Positions 39,684 through 48,599 of a stretch of 64,000 nt of DNA are shown here, piece after piece (the first letter of the stretch is position 1; every line of letters begins with the position of its first letter). The stretch spans positions 2,304,001 to 2,368,000 of the forward strand of contig CAVWVQ010000003.1 of assembly GCA_963758525.1 (NCBI GenBank), read 5' to 3'. A model generated the notes under the pieces. It made no database searches, had not been told where the DNA came from, and saw only the letters and a program-made list of their open reading frames with translations. The position numbers were made by a program, and so were the translations under genes. Source of the DNA: an uncultured Phycisphaerales bacterium (lineage in GTDB: Bacteria > Planctomycetota > Phycisphaerae > Tepidisphaerales > Tepidisphaeraceae).

Positions 39684-39704
39684 TCCTTCGATAGGATATG
39701 CATC

Positions 39705-40748
39705 ATGGCGATTGCAACGGCCTCCTCAATCGATCCACAAATTCAGCAGCTCTGCGACAGCTTTCGCGAAGACTACCGCGCGGTGAAAGCCGAAGTCGGC
39801 AAGGCCATCGTCGGGCATGAGGAAATCGTCGACGGCGTTCTGACCTGTCTCTTCGTCGGCGGGCATGCGCTGCTCGAGGGTGTCCCCGGTCTGGGGAAAA
39901 CCGCGCTCATTCGCACGCTGGCCTCGGCTCTGAACCTCAAGTTCAGCCGAATCCAGTTTACGCCCGACCTGATGCCGGCCGACGTGATCGGCACCAACGT
40001 GATCATGGAAAACGAGCATGGGCAGCGCGCGTTCCAATTCATGAGCGGCCCGATCTTCGCCCAGATCGTGCTCGCGGATGAAATCAACCGCGCAACGCCC
40101 AAGACCCAAAGCGCCATGCTCGAAGCCATGCAGGAAAAGCAGGTCACCGCGGGCGGCGCAATCCGCAAGCTGGAGGAGCCGTTCTTCGTGATGGCCACGC
40201 AGAACCCGCTGGAGCAGGAAGGGACCTATCCGCTTCCCGAGGCGCAGCTCGACCGCTTCTTCTTCAAGCTCATCGTGCAGTATTCGGGCCGCGAAGAACT
40301 CAAGCAGATTCTCGATCGAACGACCACCGGCCATAAACCCGACATTCAGCCGGTGATCGATGGCCCGCGCATCATCGCGCATCAGAAGCTCGTGCAGCGG
40401 GTCATCATCGCGCCCCACGTGCAGGACTACGCCGTCCGCTGCGTGATGGGAACGCATCCGCAGGGGATTTTCGCGATCCCGATGGTCAATCAGTTTCTCC
40501 GCGTCGGCGCCAGTCCGCGCGCCGCCCAGGCGATCACGCTTGCAGCGAAAGTGCGGGCGCTGCTCGACGGGAGGTTTCACGTCAGCTTCAAGGACATCAA
40601 AGATGTCGCGATTCCCGCCATGCGGCATCGCATCATTCTCAACTTCGAGGGCGAAGCCGAGGGAATCACCACCGACATGGTGCTGGAGAAACTGATCGCG
40701 GAAACGCCCACGACGATCGACAGCGAGATCGCGGCGGGGAGAGTTTAG
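39705..40748 (+). CDS. moxR: MoxR-family AAA+ ATPase
   Basis: EGVPGLGKT, RIQFTPDLMPAD, LADEINRA, ATQNP, EAQLDRF. Confidence 0.96.
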   Translation: MAIATASSIDPQIQQLCDSFREDYRAVKAEVGKAIVGHEEIVDGVLTCLFVGGHALLEGVPGLGKTALIRTLASALNLKFSRIQFTPDLMPADVIGTNVIMENEHGQRAFQFMSGPIFAQIVLADEINRATPKTQSAMLEAMQEKQVTAGGAIRKLEEPFFVMATQNPLEQEGTYPLPEAQLDRFFFKLIVQYSGREELKQILDRTTTGHKPDIQPVIDGPRIIAHQKLVQRVIIAPHVQDYAVRCVMGTHPQGIFAIPMVNQFLRVGASPRAAQAITLAAKVRALLDGRFHVSFKDIKDVAIPAMRHRIILNFEGEAEGITTDMVLEKLIAETPTTIDSEIAAGRV

Positions 40749-40750
40749 AT

Positions 40751-40820
40751 GGTAGGGCGGGATTCATCCCGCCGTTTTCTCGGCCGGCCAACAAATCGGC
40801 GGGATGAATCCCGCCCTACC
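40751..40820. repeat. GTAG-type REP doublet (perfect 24-bp inverted repeat)
   Basis: ggtagggcgggattcatcccgccg ... cggcgggatgaatcccgccctacc. Confidence 0.9.
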
Positions 40821-41040
40821 CGAAGCCGATCGCCACTTTCGAGCGCCACAACCAAGGTTTGACCCCTGGATACCAATCCCGCAGACGGTCACGGCCTCGC
40901 ATGATAGACTGTTCTAGTGCGAGCGTTCACTGCGACCACTGAGACCTCCGCGAGGTTGCAGGACGGTCAGCCCGCAATGGAAGGCGAATTCGTGGGAACG
41001 CAATTGGTCACTGTCGACTGAGGTGGCCAAGCTTTTATAG

Positions 41041-41943
41041 ATGACGACTCAAGCCCTTCAAACCGGCAAATCCCTCCTCGACCCCGCCTTCATGGGCCGG
41101 CTCGATCAGTTGGACGTCATGTCGCGCAAGCTGCTCGCTGGAAAAATGAAGGGCGAGCGGCGCAGCAAGATGCGCGGGCAGAGCGTGGAGTTTGCCGATT
41201 ATCGCAATTACGTCGTCGGCGACGATCTTCGCTTCATCGACTGGAACATCTACGCCCGGCTCGACCGCCTCTTCCTCAAGCTTTTTCTCGAAGAGGAAGA
41301 CTTGGCGCTCTACATCATTCTCGACGTTTCCAAGAGCTGCGACTACGGCAATCCCGCCAAGGCGTTTTATCTCAAGCAGGTGGCTGCCGCGCTGGGGTAT
41401 ATCGGGCTGGTCAATTACAACCGCGTCGCCATCGCCGCGATGGCCGACGGCATCGTCGCCGAGACCGGCGCGCTGCGCGGCCGGCGGCGCGTGGCGCAGA
41501 TGATCGACTTTCTCTCCGGCCTCCAGCCCGCCGGCCCGAGCCGGCTTGCCGAGTCTTGCAAACGCTTCGCCCTGGCACATCGATCCAAAGGGGTCTGCGT
41601 CGTTCTCTCCGATTTCTTCGACAAGGGCGGCTACGAGTCGGGCCTGCGCTACGTCGCGGGCGGAAAGTATGACCTCTTCTGCGTGCAGGTCCTCTCGCCG
41701 CAGGAGATCGATCCTGATTTGAAGGGCGACCTGAAGCTTCGCGACATGGAAGACGACGACACCGCCGAGGTTTCAATCACGCAACCGCTGATCAAGCGAT
41801 ACAAGGCCAATCTCAACGCCTATTGCCTGTCGCTCAAGGAGTACATCACGCGCCGCGGCGGAACGTATCTCTTCACGAGCACGGCGGTGCCGTTCGATAC
41901 ACTGGTGCTGAATTATCTGCGCGAACGAGGGCTGTTGGGGTAA
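41041..41943 (+). CDS. DUF58 / vWA-like protein (MoxR partner)
   Basis: GQSVEFADYRNYVVGDDLRFIDWN, LDVSKS, VLSDF. Confidence 0.94.
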   Translation: MTTQALQTGKSLLDPAFMGRLDQLDVMSRKLLAGKMKGERRSKMRGQSVEFADYRNYVVGDDLRFIDWNIYARLDRLFLKLFLEEEDLALYIILDVSKSCDYGNPAKAFYLKQVAAALGYIGLVNYNRVAIAAMADGIVAETGALRGRRRVAQMIDFLSGLQPAGPSRLAESCKRFALAHRSKGVCVVLSDFFDKGGYESGLRYVAGGKYDLFCVQVLSPQEIDPDLKGDLKLRDMEDDDTAEVSITQPLIKRYKANLNAYCLSLKEYITRRGGTYLFTSTAVPFDTLVLNYLRERGLLG

Positions 41944-41955
41944 GCCTCCTCTTGC

Positions 41956-42061
41956 GTACCACGGGTTTCCAACCCGTGCGTGCTGCGACAGAACAGGAAT
42001 GAAATGCATCAACGGTGAGCATAGTCGCCTGCAGTTCGCACGGGTTGGAAACCCGTGGTAC
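41956..42061. repeat. REP-like doublet (perfect 25-bp inverted pair, GTAC foot)
   Basis: gtaccacgggtttccaacccgtgcg ... cgcacgggttggaaacccgtggtac. Confidence 0.9.
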
Positions 42062-42072
42062 GTTCAGCCGAA

Positions 42073-42951
42073 TTGGTTCGCTATAAACTCACCATCGTCT
42101 ATCGCGGCACGCGCTATCATGGCTGGCAGCAGCAGCCGGCGCTGGAGAGTTTTCGCGGCGAAGCTCCGCCGCAGGGGGAGGGACTGCCGACCATACAGGA
42201 AACCCTGGCACGCGCCATCGGTGCGGTCGTCGGTCATCCGGTGAGCGTTACGGGCTCTTCCCGCACCGATGCGGGCGTACACGCGAAGGGGCAGCTTGCG
42301 CACTTCGAAACCGCGCATCGCAACATCCCGGCCGAGGGACTTCGGCGCGCGGTCAATCACAAGCTGCCGGGAGATATGCTGATCCGTTCGATTCAGGAGG
42401 TCGGGCCGGGCTTTGACGCCATCCGATCGACGCTCTCAAAGCGATATCAATACTTCATCTGGAACCATTTTGACCGTCCGGTGTTCTTTAACGATCTGGC
42501 CTGGCATCGCTGGCAATCGCTGCAGATTGACGCGATGACCAGGGCCGCGGAGGCATTTGTCGGCGAGCACGACTTTGCCAGCTTTGCCCGGGCGGGCCAC
42601 GGGCGGGACAATACCATTCGCACGATCCTCTCCTGCGAGCTCTCGCATCGGCCGCCCAGGATCGTGATCGGCATCGAGGGGACTGGTTTTCTGTGGAATA
42701 TGGTGCGCATTATCGTCGGAACCCTCGTCCAGGTCGGGCTCGGGCGATATACGCCGGACGATATGCGGACAATGCTTGCGGCCCGGAAGCGGCAAGCGGC
42801 CGGACCGACGGCTCCGCCGCACGGCCTGTATCTGCAATGGATCAAAACGGATCCAGGACATGAGGTGAGAAGCAATGGCGGAGTCGTAAGAAGCCAGGAG
42901 CCAGAAGCCAGAAGCCCGGAGAGCGACAATGAGGAGGAGATTGAACAATGA
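42073..42951 (+). CDS. truA: tRNA pseudouridine(38-40) synthase
   Basis: YRGTRYHGWQ, SRTDAGVHA, GEHDF, FLWNMVRIIVG, APPHGLYL; probable TTG start. Confidence 0.95.
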   Translation: MVRYKLTIVYRGTRYHGWQQQPALESFRGEAPPQGEGLPTIQETLARAIGAVVGHPVSVTGSSRTDAGVHAKGQLAHFETAHRNIPAEGLRRAVNHKLPGDMLIRSIQEVGPGFDAIRSTLSKRYQYFIWNHFDRPVFFNDLAWHRWQSLQIDAMTRAAEAFVGEHDFASFARAGHGRDNTIRTILSCELSHRPPRIVIGIEGTGFLWNMVRIIVGTLVQVGLGRYTPDDMRTMLAARKRQAAGPTAPPHGLYLQWIKTDPGHEVRSNGGVVRSQEPEARSPESDNEEEIEQ

Positions 42952-43179
42952 AGCGATTAGAGTCGCTTCACAAAGCGCGGGCCTTTCGTTTTCTTACTTC
43001 TTACTTCTTCCCCATCATGGCGGAGTCGTAAGAAGCCAGGAGCCAGAAGCCAGAAGCCAGGAGAGCGACAATGAGGAGGAGATTGAACAATGAAGCGATT
43101 AGAGTCGCTTCACAAAGCGCGGGCTTTTCGTTTTCTTACTTCTTACTTCTTACTCCTGACTTCTGACTTCTTCCCCATC
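42875..43179. repeat. Imperfect tandem duplication (142 + 163 nt) of a repeat-flanked unit
   Basis: Copies 42875..43016 and 43017..43179 differ by 2 substitutions and 21 nt (three heptamers). Confidence 0.92.
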
Positions 43180-44330
43180 ATGCGCATCGTCCACATCATC
43201 ACTCGCCTGGTCGTCGGCGGCGCGCAGGAAAACACGCTGCTCTCCTGTGAAGGCCAGCACCAGCGCGGACACGACGTCACCCTCATCACCGGCCGACCGA
43301 TCGGGCCGGAAGGATCGCTGCTGGATCGCGCCAGGCGTTCGGCTATCGCGTGGAGGTTATCGACGCGATGCGACGCTCGATTCTCCCCGCCCGCGACTTG
43401 CTCATTTACCGCCGCCTCGTCCGCCAACTGCGGGAGCTTCAGCCCGACGTGGTGCACACCCACAGCAGCAAGGCAGGCATCATCGGACGCTGGGCCGCCC
43501 GCAAGGCTGGTGTGCCGATCATCGTTCACACCATTCACGGCCTTGCCTTTACCGCATCCACGCGCGCCAGCGTGAACAGTGTCTACCGCTTTCTTGAACG
43601 CCGCGCCGCCCCCATCACGACGCGCATCGTTTGCGTCGCCGATGCGATGCGCGATCAGTCGTTGGCCGCCAATATCGGGCGGCGCGAGCAGTACGTGACG
43701 GTTTACAGCGGCATGGAGACCGCTCCGTTTCTCGATCCGCCGGTGCCGCGCAATGTCGTTCGCGGTCAACTCGGCATTGCCGACGATCACGTCGTCGTGG
43801 GAACGATTGCCCGGCTCTTCGACCTCAAGGGTCATGAAGATCTTCTCGACCTGGCGCCGAGCCTGTGCGCGGCGTACCCGCGGCTGCGATTTCTCTGGGT
43901 CGGCGGCGGTTTGCTCCGGCCCAAGTTCGAATCGCAAATCGAAGCGATGGGTCTGAAGGATCGGTTTATTCTGACTGGGCTGGTTCCTCCCGCGCGGATT
44001 CCCGAGCTGACTCATGCGATGGATATCGTCGTCCATCCGTCTCGGCGGGAGGGCCTCGCGCGGGCGTTGCCGCAGGCCTCGCTTGCCGGGAAACCGGTCA
44101 TCACCTACGACATTGATGGAGCCAAAGAGGGGGTTTTGGATCGGGAAACAGGGTTCGTGCTGCCTCCATTTCGGAAGGATCTGCTCGGTGCGGCGTTGCG
44201 CACGCTGCTGGAGGATCCGCCCTTGCGCGCGAAGATGGGCGAGCTGGGCCGAAGATTCGCTCTGTCGCGGTTTGCGGTGGGAACGATGGTCGACGCCCTT
44301 GAAGCGGTATATCGCGGCGCGGTACCCTGA
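43180..44330 (+). CDS. Glycosyltransferase family 4 (frameshift near 43335; alternative start 43090)
   Basis: HIITRLVVGGAQEN, HTHSSKAG, HTIHG, KGHEDL, PSRREGLAR. Confidence 0.92.
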
Positions 44331-44391
44331 AGGCATATCCGGGCGCAGAATAAGGTCGTTACACCAGGTCGGGCGCGTACGAGCATTCATT

Positions 44392-45198
44392 ATGATTAAA
44401 AGACGTTGTCCGCGCACTGCGCCTGTTTGCCAGATTGAAAGTCTTGAGAATCGCACGTTCATGTCCGCCACCGTCGGCGCCATGGCCGCTGCGAAAAAAA
44501 CCGTCACGCCAACGACTGCGATTCAGGAGCAGTTCTCGCGTCACGTCGTGCGGCTCGGGCAGAATCTCACGATCAATGTGAAAGTTGGCGCCAAGGGAAG
44601 CGCGCCGGCAACCGGAACGGTTGAGCTGCTCAGCAAAGGAACGCCGATTACCACGCTGGACGGCCCGTTGACCTTGACGCTCAACGCCTCGGGCAGCGCG
44701 TCGTACACGTTCGCCGCGGGCAATCTCGAGTTCTTCAGCGGCATTTACTACGTGAAGGCGCAATATCTCGGCGATGCCACGCATCCGAGCGCGACGTCGA
44801 AGGTGCAGACGCTCTATGTCATCACGCCGCCATTTCGAAAAGACGGAAAGCAGGGGCTGGAGTTCTCGACCGTCAACAAAGGCAAGGGGGGCAAAGCCGT
44901 CGTCACGGGGGACACTGTGAACGTCGCCTATACCGGATTGCTGGCCAGCGACGGAACGATCTTCGACTATGCCACCGGGCATGGGGCCGGTTCCACCCCA
45001 TACCTTCAATACACGGTTGAGAGCCAGCCCGAGCAAGTCATCCCCGGCTTCGATGAAGGCACATTGGGGATGAAGATCGGCGAGACCCGCGTGATCTACA
45101 TTCCCTACGCCCTCGGCTACGGAAGCGAGGGTTCAGGGACCAGCATTCCCGCCTTCGCCGATCTGATTTTCATCGTGACGTTGCTGAAGATTATGTAG
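44392..45198 (+). CDS. Exported FKBP-type peptidyl-prolyl isomerase with an Ig-like domain
   Basis: LEPR-XLL-like IESLENRTFMS; YYVKAQYLGD; FKBP VIPGFDEG..GMKIGETR..IPYALGYG. Confidence 0.88.
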   Translation: MIKRRCPRTAPVCQIESLENRTFMSATVGAMAAAKKTVTPTTAIQEQFSRHVVRLGQNLTINVKVGAKGSAPATGTVELLSKGTPITTLDGPLTLTLNASGSASYTFAAGNLEFFSGIYYVKAQYLGDATHPSATSKVQTLYVITPPFRKDGKQGLEFSTVNKGKGGKAVVTGDTVNVAYTGLLASDGTIFDYATGHGAGSTPYLQYTVESQPEQVIPGFDEGTLGMKIGETRVIYIPYALGYGSEGSGTSIPAFADLIFIVTLLKIM

Positions 45199-45206
45199 GG
45201 ATGGGA

Positions 45207-45490
45207 AAGGCACGGGGGTACGAAGGGAGTAGGAAAGGCACGAAGGCACGGAGGTACGAAGGGAGTAGGAAAGGCACGAAGGCACTGAGGCACGAAGGCA
45301 CGGAGGCACGAAGGGTGAGGAAGGGGATTCTGTGATCAGAGCGAAGCGATAAAAATCCCATTCCTTCCCTTGGTGCCTCCGTGCCTTCGTGCCTTCGTGC
45401 CTTTCCTACTCCCTCCGTGCCTTCGTGCCTTTCCTAACCCCTTGGTGCCTTGGTGCCTTCCCAACTCTTTCCCACGATGCCTTGGTCCCT
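45207..45490. repeat. GGCACGAA octamer array with an inverted TTCGTGCC array
   Basis: aaggcacgaaggcacggaggtacgaagg ... ccttcgtgccttcgtgcc, around a ~50-nt spacer. Confidence 0.92.
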
Positions 45491-45516
45491 TTCCCGTTGT
45501 GGCCTACACTTCTCCC

Positions 45517-46191
45517 ATGGCTTCCATTCTCGTCATCGGCCCGCATCCCGACGACCAGGAGCTGGGCATGGGTGGTTCGATCGCCCGGCTGGTGCTGCAG
45601 CGTCATCGCGTGCATCTGATCGACATGACCAATGGCGAGCCGACGCCGCTGGGCACGCCGGAGAAGCGCGCCAGGGAGTCCGCCGACGCCGCGAAGATTC
45701 TTGGCGTCGGGCGGACGCTGATCGGTCTGCCCAACCGGGAGGTGGTGCATTCGGTGGAGGCGCGGCACAAGCTCGCCGCGGTCATCCGCGTGCATCGGCC
45801 CGATTGGATGTTCGTTCCCTATCCGGTTGATGCGCATCCCGATCACGTGGCTGTCACGCGCATTGCCGAGGACGCCCGCTTCGACGCGAAACTGAGCAAG
45901 TCGAGCATTCCCGGCGAGCCGTGTTATCCGAAGCGGATCATCTATTACTACTGCACGCACCTGCGGATGAATTTCGAGCCGACATTCTGCCTCGACGTCA
46001 CTGACCAGATCGAGACGAAGATCGCCGCCGTGAAGGCGTATGCTTCGCAGTTCGTGGAGAATAAAAGCCCGGTCGTGGAGATGGTGAAGACGCTCAACGG
46101 ATATTTCGGCGGACGAATCGGGACCGCGTATGCCGAGCCGTTTTTCACGCACGAGGCGCTGGGATTCGGCGGGCTGGATCAGTTGATCTGA
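45517..46191 (+). CDS. PIG-L family deacetylase (BshB1-like)
   Basis: GPHPDDQELG, TNGE, DAHPDH, AYASQF, YAEPF. Confidence 0.9.
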   Translation: MASILVIGPHPDDQELGMGGSIARLVLQRHRVHLIDMTNGEPTPLGTPEKRARESADAAKILGVGRTLIGLPNREVVHSVEARHKLAAVIRVHRPDWMFVPYPVDAHPDHVAVTRIAEDARFDAKLSKSSIPGEPCYPKRIIYYYCTHLRMNFEPTFCLDVTDQIETKIAAVKAYASQFVENKSPVVEMVKTLNGYFGGRIGTAYAEPFFTHEALGFGGLDQLI

Positions 46192-46192
46192 T

Positions 46193-46293
46193 CTGAAATC
46201 TCAAATTTGAAATTGAAAATTTGAAAGCGCGAGCGGTTGGATTTGATCGAAATCTCAAATTTGAAATGTGAACAGCTTTCTGAAATTTCAAAT
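46193..46293. repeat. AT-rich GAAATYT-type repeat tract
   Basis: gaaatctcaaatttgaaat occurs twice; ctgaaatttcaaat. Confidence 0.7.
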
Positions 46294-46359
46294 CGAACTG
46301 CGCCAGCATTTCCCAGCGTCCCAGTTCGATTCAGTGACGGCGTCGGCTAAGATGAAAGC

Positions 46360-46866
46360 ATGAGCGCCATGACGCTGATCAACATCCTCGCCCGCTGGCT
46401 TCACGTCATGACCGCCTGCGTGCTGATCGGCTGCGCGTTCTTCGCCTTCTTCCTGCTTCCCATCGCGCTGCGGGGTCTGGAGCCGGAGCGGCGGCTGGCA
46501 GCCCTACTGCAAGTGCGCCGCCCGCTCAAGATGGTGGTGCACGCTGGCGTACTCCTCCTGCTTCTGAGCGGCGCATATAACGCCGTCCGCAACTGGCACA
46601 TCTATAACCAGTGGCCCGGCATCACGCACGGAATCTTCGGCATCCACGTTCTGCTGGGTCTGGGTGTGATGACCCTGCAACTGATCGCGCTGGCGGGAAA
46701 GATACCTCGGCCATCGGCGGCGACGATGAGCCGATGGGCGTTGATCCTGGCGTTTCTGACCGTGCTTGCCGGGTCGACGCTCAAATGGGCCAGGGAACGC
46801 GCGCACGATCGTCCCAGCGTGCCGCCGGCGCGGGCAAGCTTTGATAACAAGCCGCATGGCGGATGA
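46360..46866 (+). CDS. Four-TM membrane protein (CopD/DUF4149-like)
   Basis: RWLHV, LLLSGAYN; four hydrophobic helices. Confidence 0.75.
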   Translation: MSAMTLINILARWLHVMTACVLIGCAFFAFFLLPIALRGLEPERRLAALLQVRRPLKMVVHAGVLLLLLSGAYNAVRNWHIYNQWPGITHGIFGIHVLLGLGVMTLQLIALAGKIPRPSAATMSRWALILAFLTVLAGSTLKWARERAHDRPSVPPARASFDNKPHGG

Positions 46867-47311
46867 GAGGATTGCATCTTCGCCGCCGCCGGAAGATGAA
46901 ATTCTTCCCGGGGTTCGCATTGCGCCAGCGGCGGTGCGCTTTCAGTTCGCCCGCAGCCGCGGGCCGGGGGGGCAGAACGTCAACAAGGTGAACAGCAAGG
47001 CCGAACTGTGGGTGCCGGTGAGCGCGATCCATGGATTAAGCGAACGAGCGATCGGCCGATTGCGCCGCATGGCCGGCAAACGGCTGACGGGGGTGGACGA
47101 GATTCATATTGCATCCGATACCGAGCGATCGCAGGAAGCCAATCGGCTCGCCGCGCTGGTTCGACTGCGCGTTCTCATCGTGACCGCGATGCACGAACCG
47201 AAGCCGCGCCGCAAGACCAAACCAACTCGCGCATCACAGCGCCGGCGAATCGAGTCCAAGCGACATCGCTCCCAGATCAAGTCCGGGCGCCGAGGGTCGG
47301 AGTCAGAGTGA
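46856..47311 (+). CDS. arfB: Alternative ribosome rescue factor (peptidyl-tRNA hydrolase)
   Basis: RSRGPGGQNVNKV, RSQEAN, basic tail RRKTKPTRASQRRR. Confidence 0.93.
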   Translation: MADERIASSPPPEDEILPGVRIAPAAVRFQFARSRGPGGQNVNKVNSKAELWVPVSAIHGLSERAIGRLRRMAGKRLTGVDEIHIASDTERSQEANRLAALVRLRVLIVTAMHEPKPRRKTKPTRASQRRRIESKRHRSQIKSGRRGSESE

Positions 47312-47413
47312 CGTGGTGCATCGCGATCTCCTGACTTCCGGAATTTGCCCGGCTACAATCCGGCCCCGGCGCCGCAACGGCAGCGCAATCTGGTTCCACC
47401 TGACGGAGAAACA

Positions 47414-48574
47414 ATGCATCGAAGCCTTCCCGTCCTGCTCGCTTCTGTGATCTGTTGCTTCAGTTGTACGCATGCTGCCGAACCCAGCCGGCCGACAACA
47501 CTGTCGACTACCCAGCCGGTGACCACGGTGACACCCCCGGCGACTCCCGCGCCGGCCACTCAGCCGGCCACGCAACCGCTGGCGGAACCGCCGCCGCCGA
47601 CGGCAGGGGCTTTGAAGGTCGGCGATGCCGCGCCGGCGCTGATGCCCGCCAAATGGATCAAGGGAGAGCCGGTCGAGCGATTGGAGAAGGGGAAGGTTTA
47701 CGTCGTAGAGTTCTGGGCCACATGGTGCGGCCCGTGCAGGCAGAGCATTCCGCACCTCACGGAGCTGGCGGCAAAATTCAAGGATATCACGTTCATCGGC
47801 CAGGATGTCTGGGAGCCGGATCTCACGACGGTCGAGCCCTTCGTCAAGGAAATGGGCGACAAGATGGACTACCACGTCGCGATAGATGACGCCGAGCATG
47901 GCAAGATGGATCAGGCGTGGATGGCCGCCGCCGGGCAGGAAGGGATTCCCACCGCGTTTGTCGTCGATAAGGACACGAAGATCGCGTGGATCGGTCATCC
48001 GATGGAGCTCGAGCCGGTGCTGACGGAGGTGACGGCCGGCACCTTCGATGCGCAAAAGTTTGCCGCAGTCAGCGCCGCGAAAGAGGCTGCGATGGCGAGA
48101 ATTCGCAAGGCCATGCAAGCCAATGATCCGAACCAGGTGCTCGCGGAAATCGATGCGATCTCCACGAGCGATCCGCAGATGGGCAGGCAACTCATCGGCC
48201 TGAGATATTCGATGCTGCTGCAGAAGAAAGACGTGCCCGCCGCGATGGTCGTGGCGAAACAAATGATCGCGGACTCCAATGATAATGCCGACAATCTGAA
48301 TCAAATCGCCTGGTCGATGGTCGACGCGGATCATCCGATCGACAAACCCGATTTATCGCTCGCCGAGCAGGCCGCGACGCGCACCAACGAGTTAGACAAG
48401 GGGAACGATCCGGTCATCCTCGATACGCTCGCCCACGTCTATGCGGCCGAAGGACATTTCGACAAGGCCGTGGCGACTGAAACGCAAGCTGTCGCCAAAA
48501 ACACTGACCCGCAGGCGAAGGGCGATTTCGCCAAGTCGCTCGATTCATTCATGGCGCAGGCCGGCAAGAAATGA
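47414..48574 (+). CDS. Exported TlpA/redoxin thiol-disulfide oxidoreductase with a TPR-like C-terminus
   Basis: EFWATWCGPC, GIPTAFVVD, WIGHP; LNQIAW..ILDTLA. Confidence 0.9.
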   Translation: MHRSLPVLLASVICCFSCTHAAEPSRPTTLSTTQPVTTVTPPATPAPATQPATQPLAEPPPPTAGALKVGDAAPALMPAKWIKGEPVERLEKGKVYVVEFWATWCGPCRQSIPHLTELAAKFKDITFIGQDVWEPDLTTVEPFVKEMGDKMDYHVAIDDAEHGKMDQAWMAAAGQEGIPTAFVVDKDTKIAWIGHPMELEPVLTEVTAGTFDAQKFAAVSAAKEAAMARIRKAMQANDPNQVLAEIDAISTSDPQMGRQLIGLRYSMLLQKKDVPAAMVVAKQMIADSNDNADNLNQIAWSMVDADHPIDKPDLSLAEQAATRTNELDKGNDPVILDTLAHVYAAEGHFDKAVATETQAVAKNTDPQAKGDFAKSLDSFMAQAGKK

Positions 48575-48599
48575 GCACCTCAATCGCCGCCGGTGGAGC

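Noticed and set aside
40830..41040. Possible ncRNA or 34-codon ORF between moxR and the DUF58 gene
   Set aside because: Only short hairpins and a possible extended -10 (TGATAGACT) are present, with no recognisable RNA family or coding signal.
42875..43179. Possible CRISPR array here or at 45207..45490
   Set aside because: There is no pattern of constant repeats with unique spacers, and no cas genes. These are a duplication and short tandem repeats.
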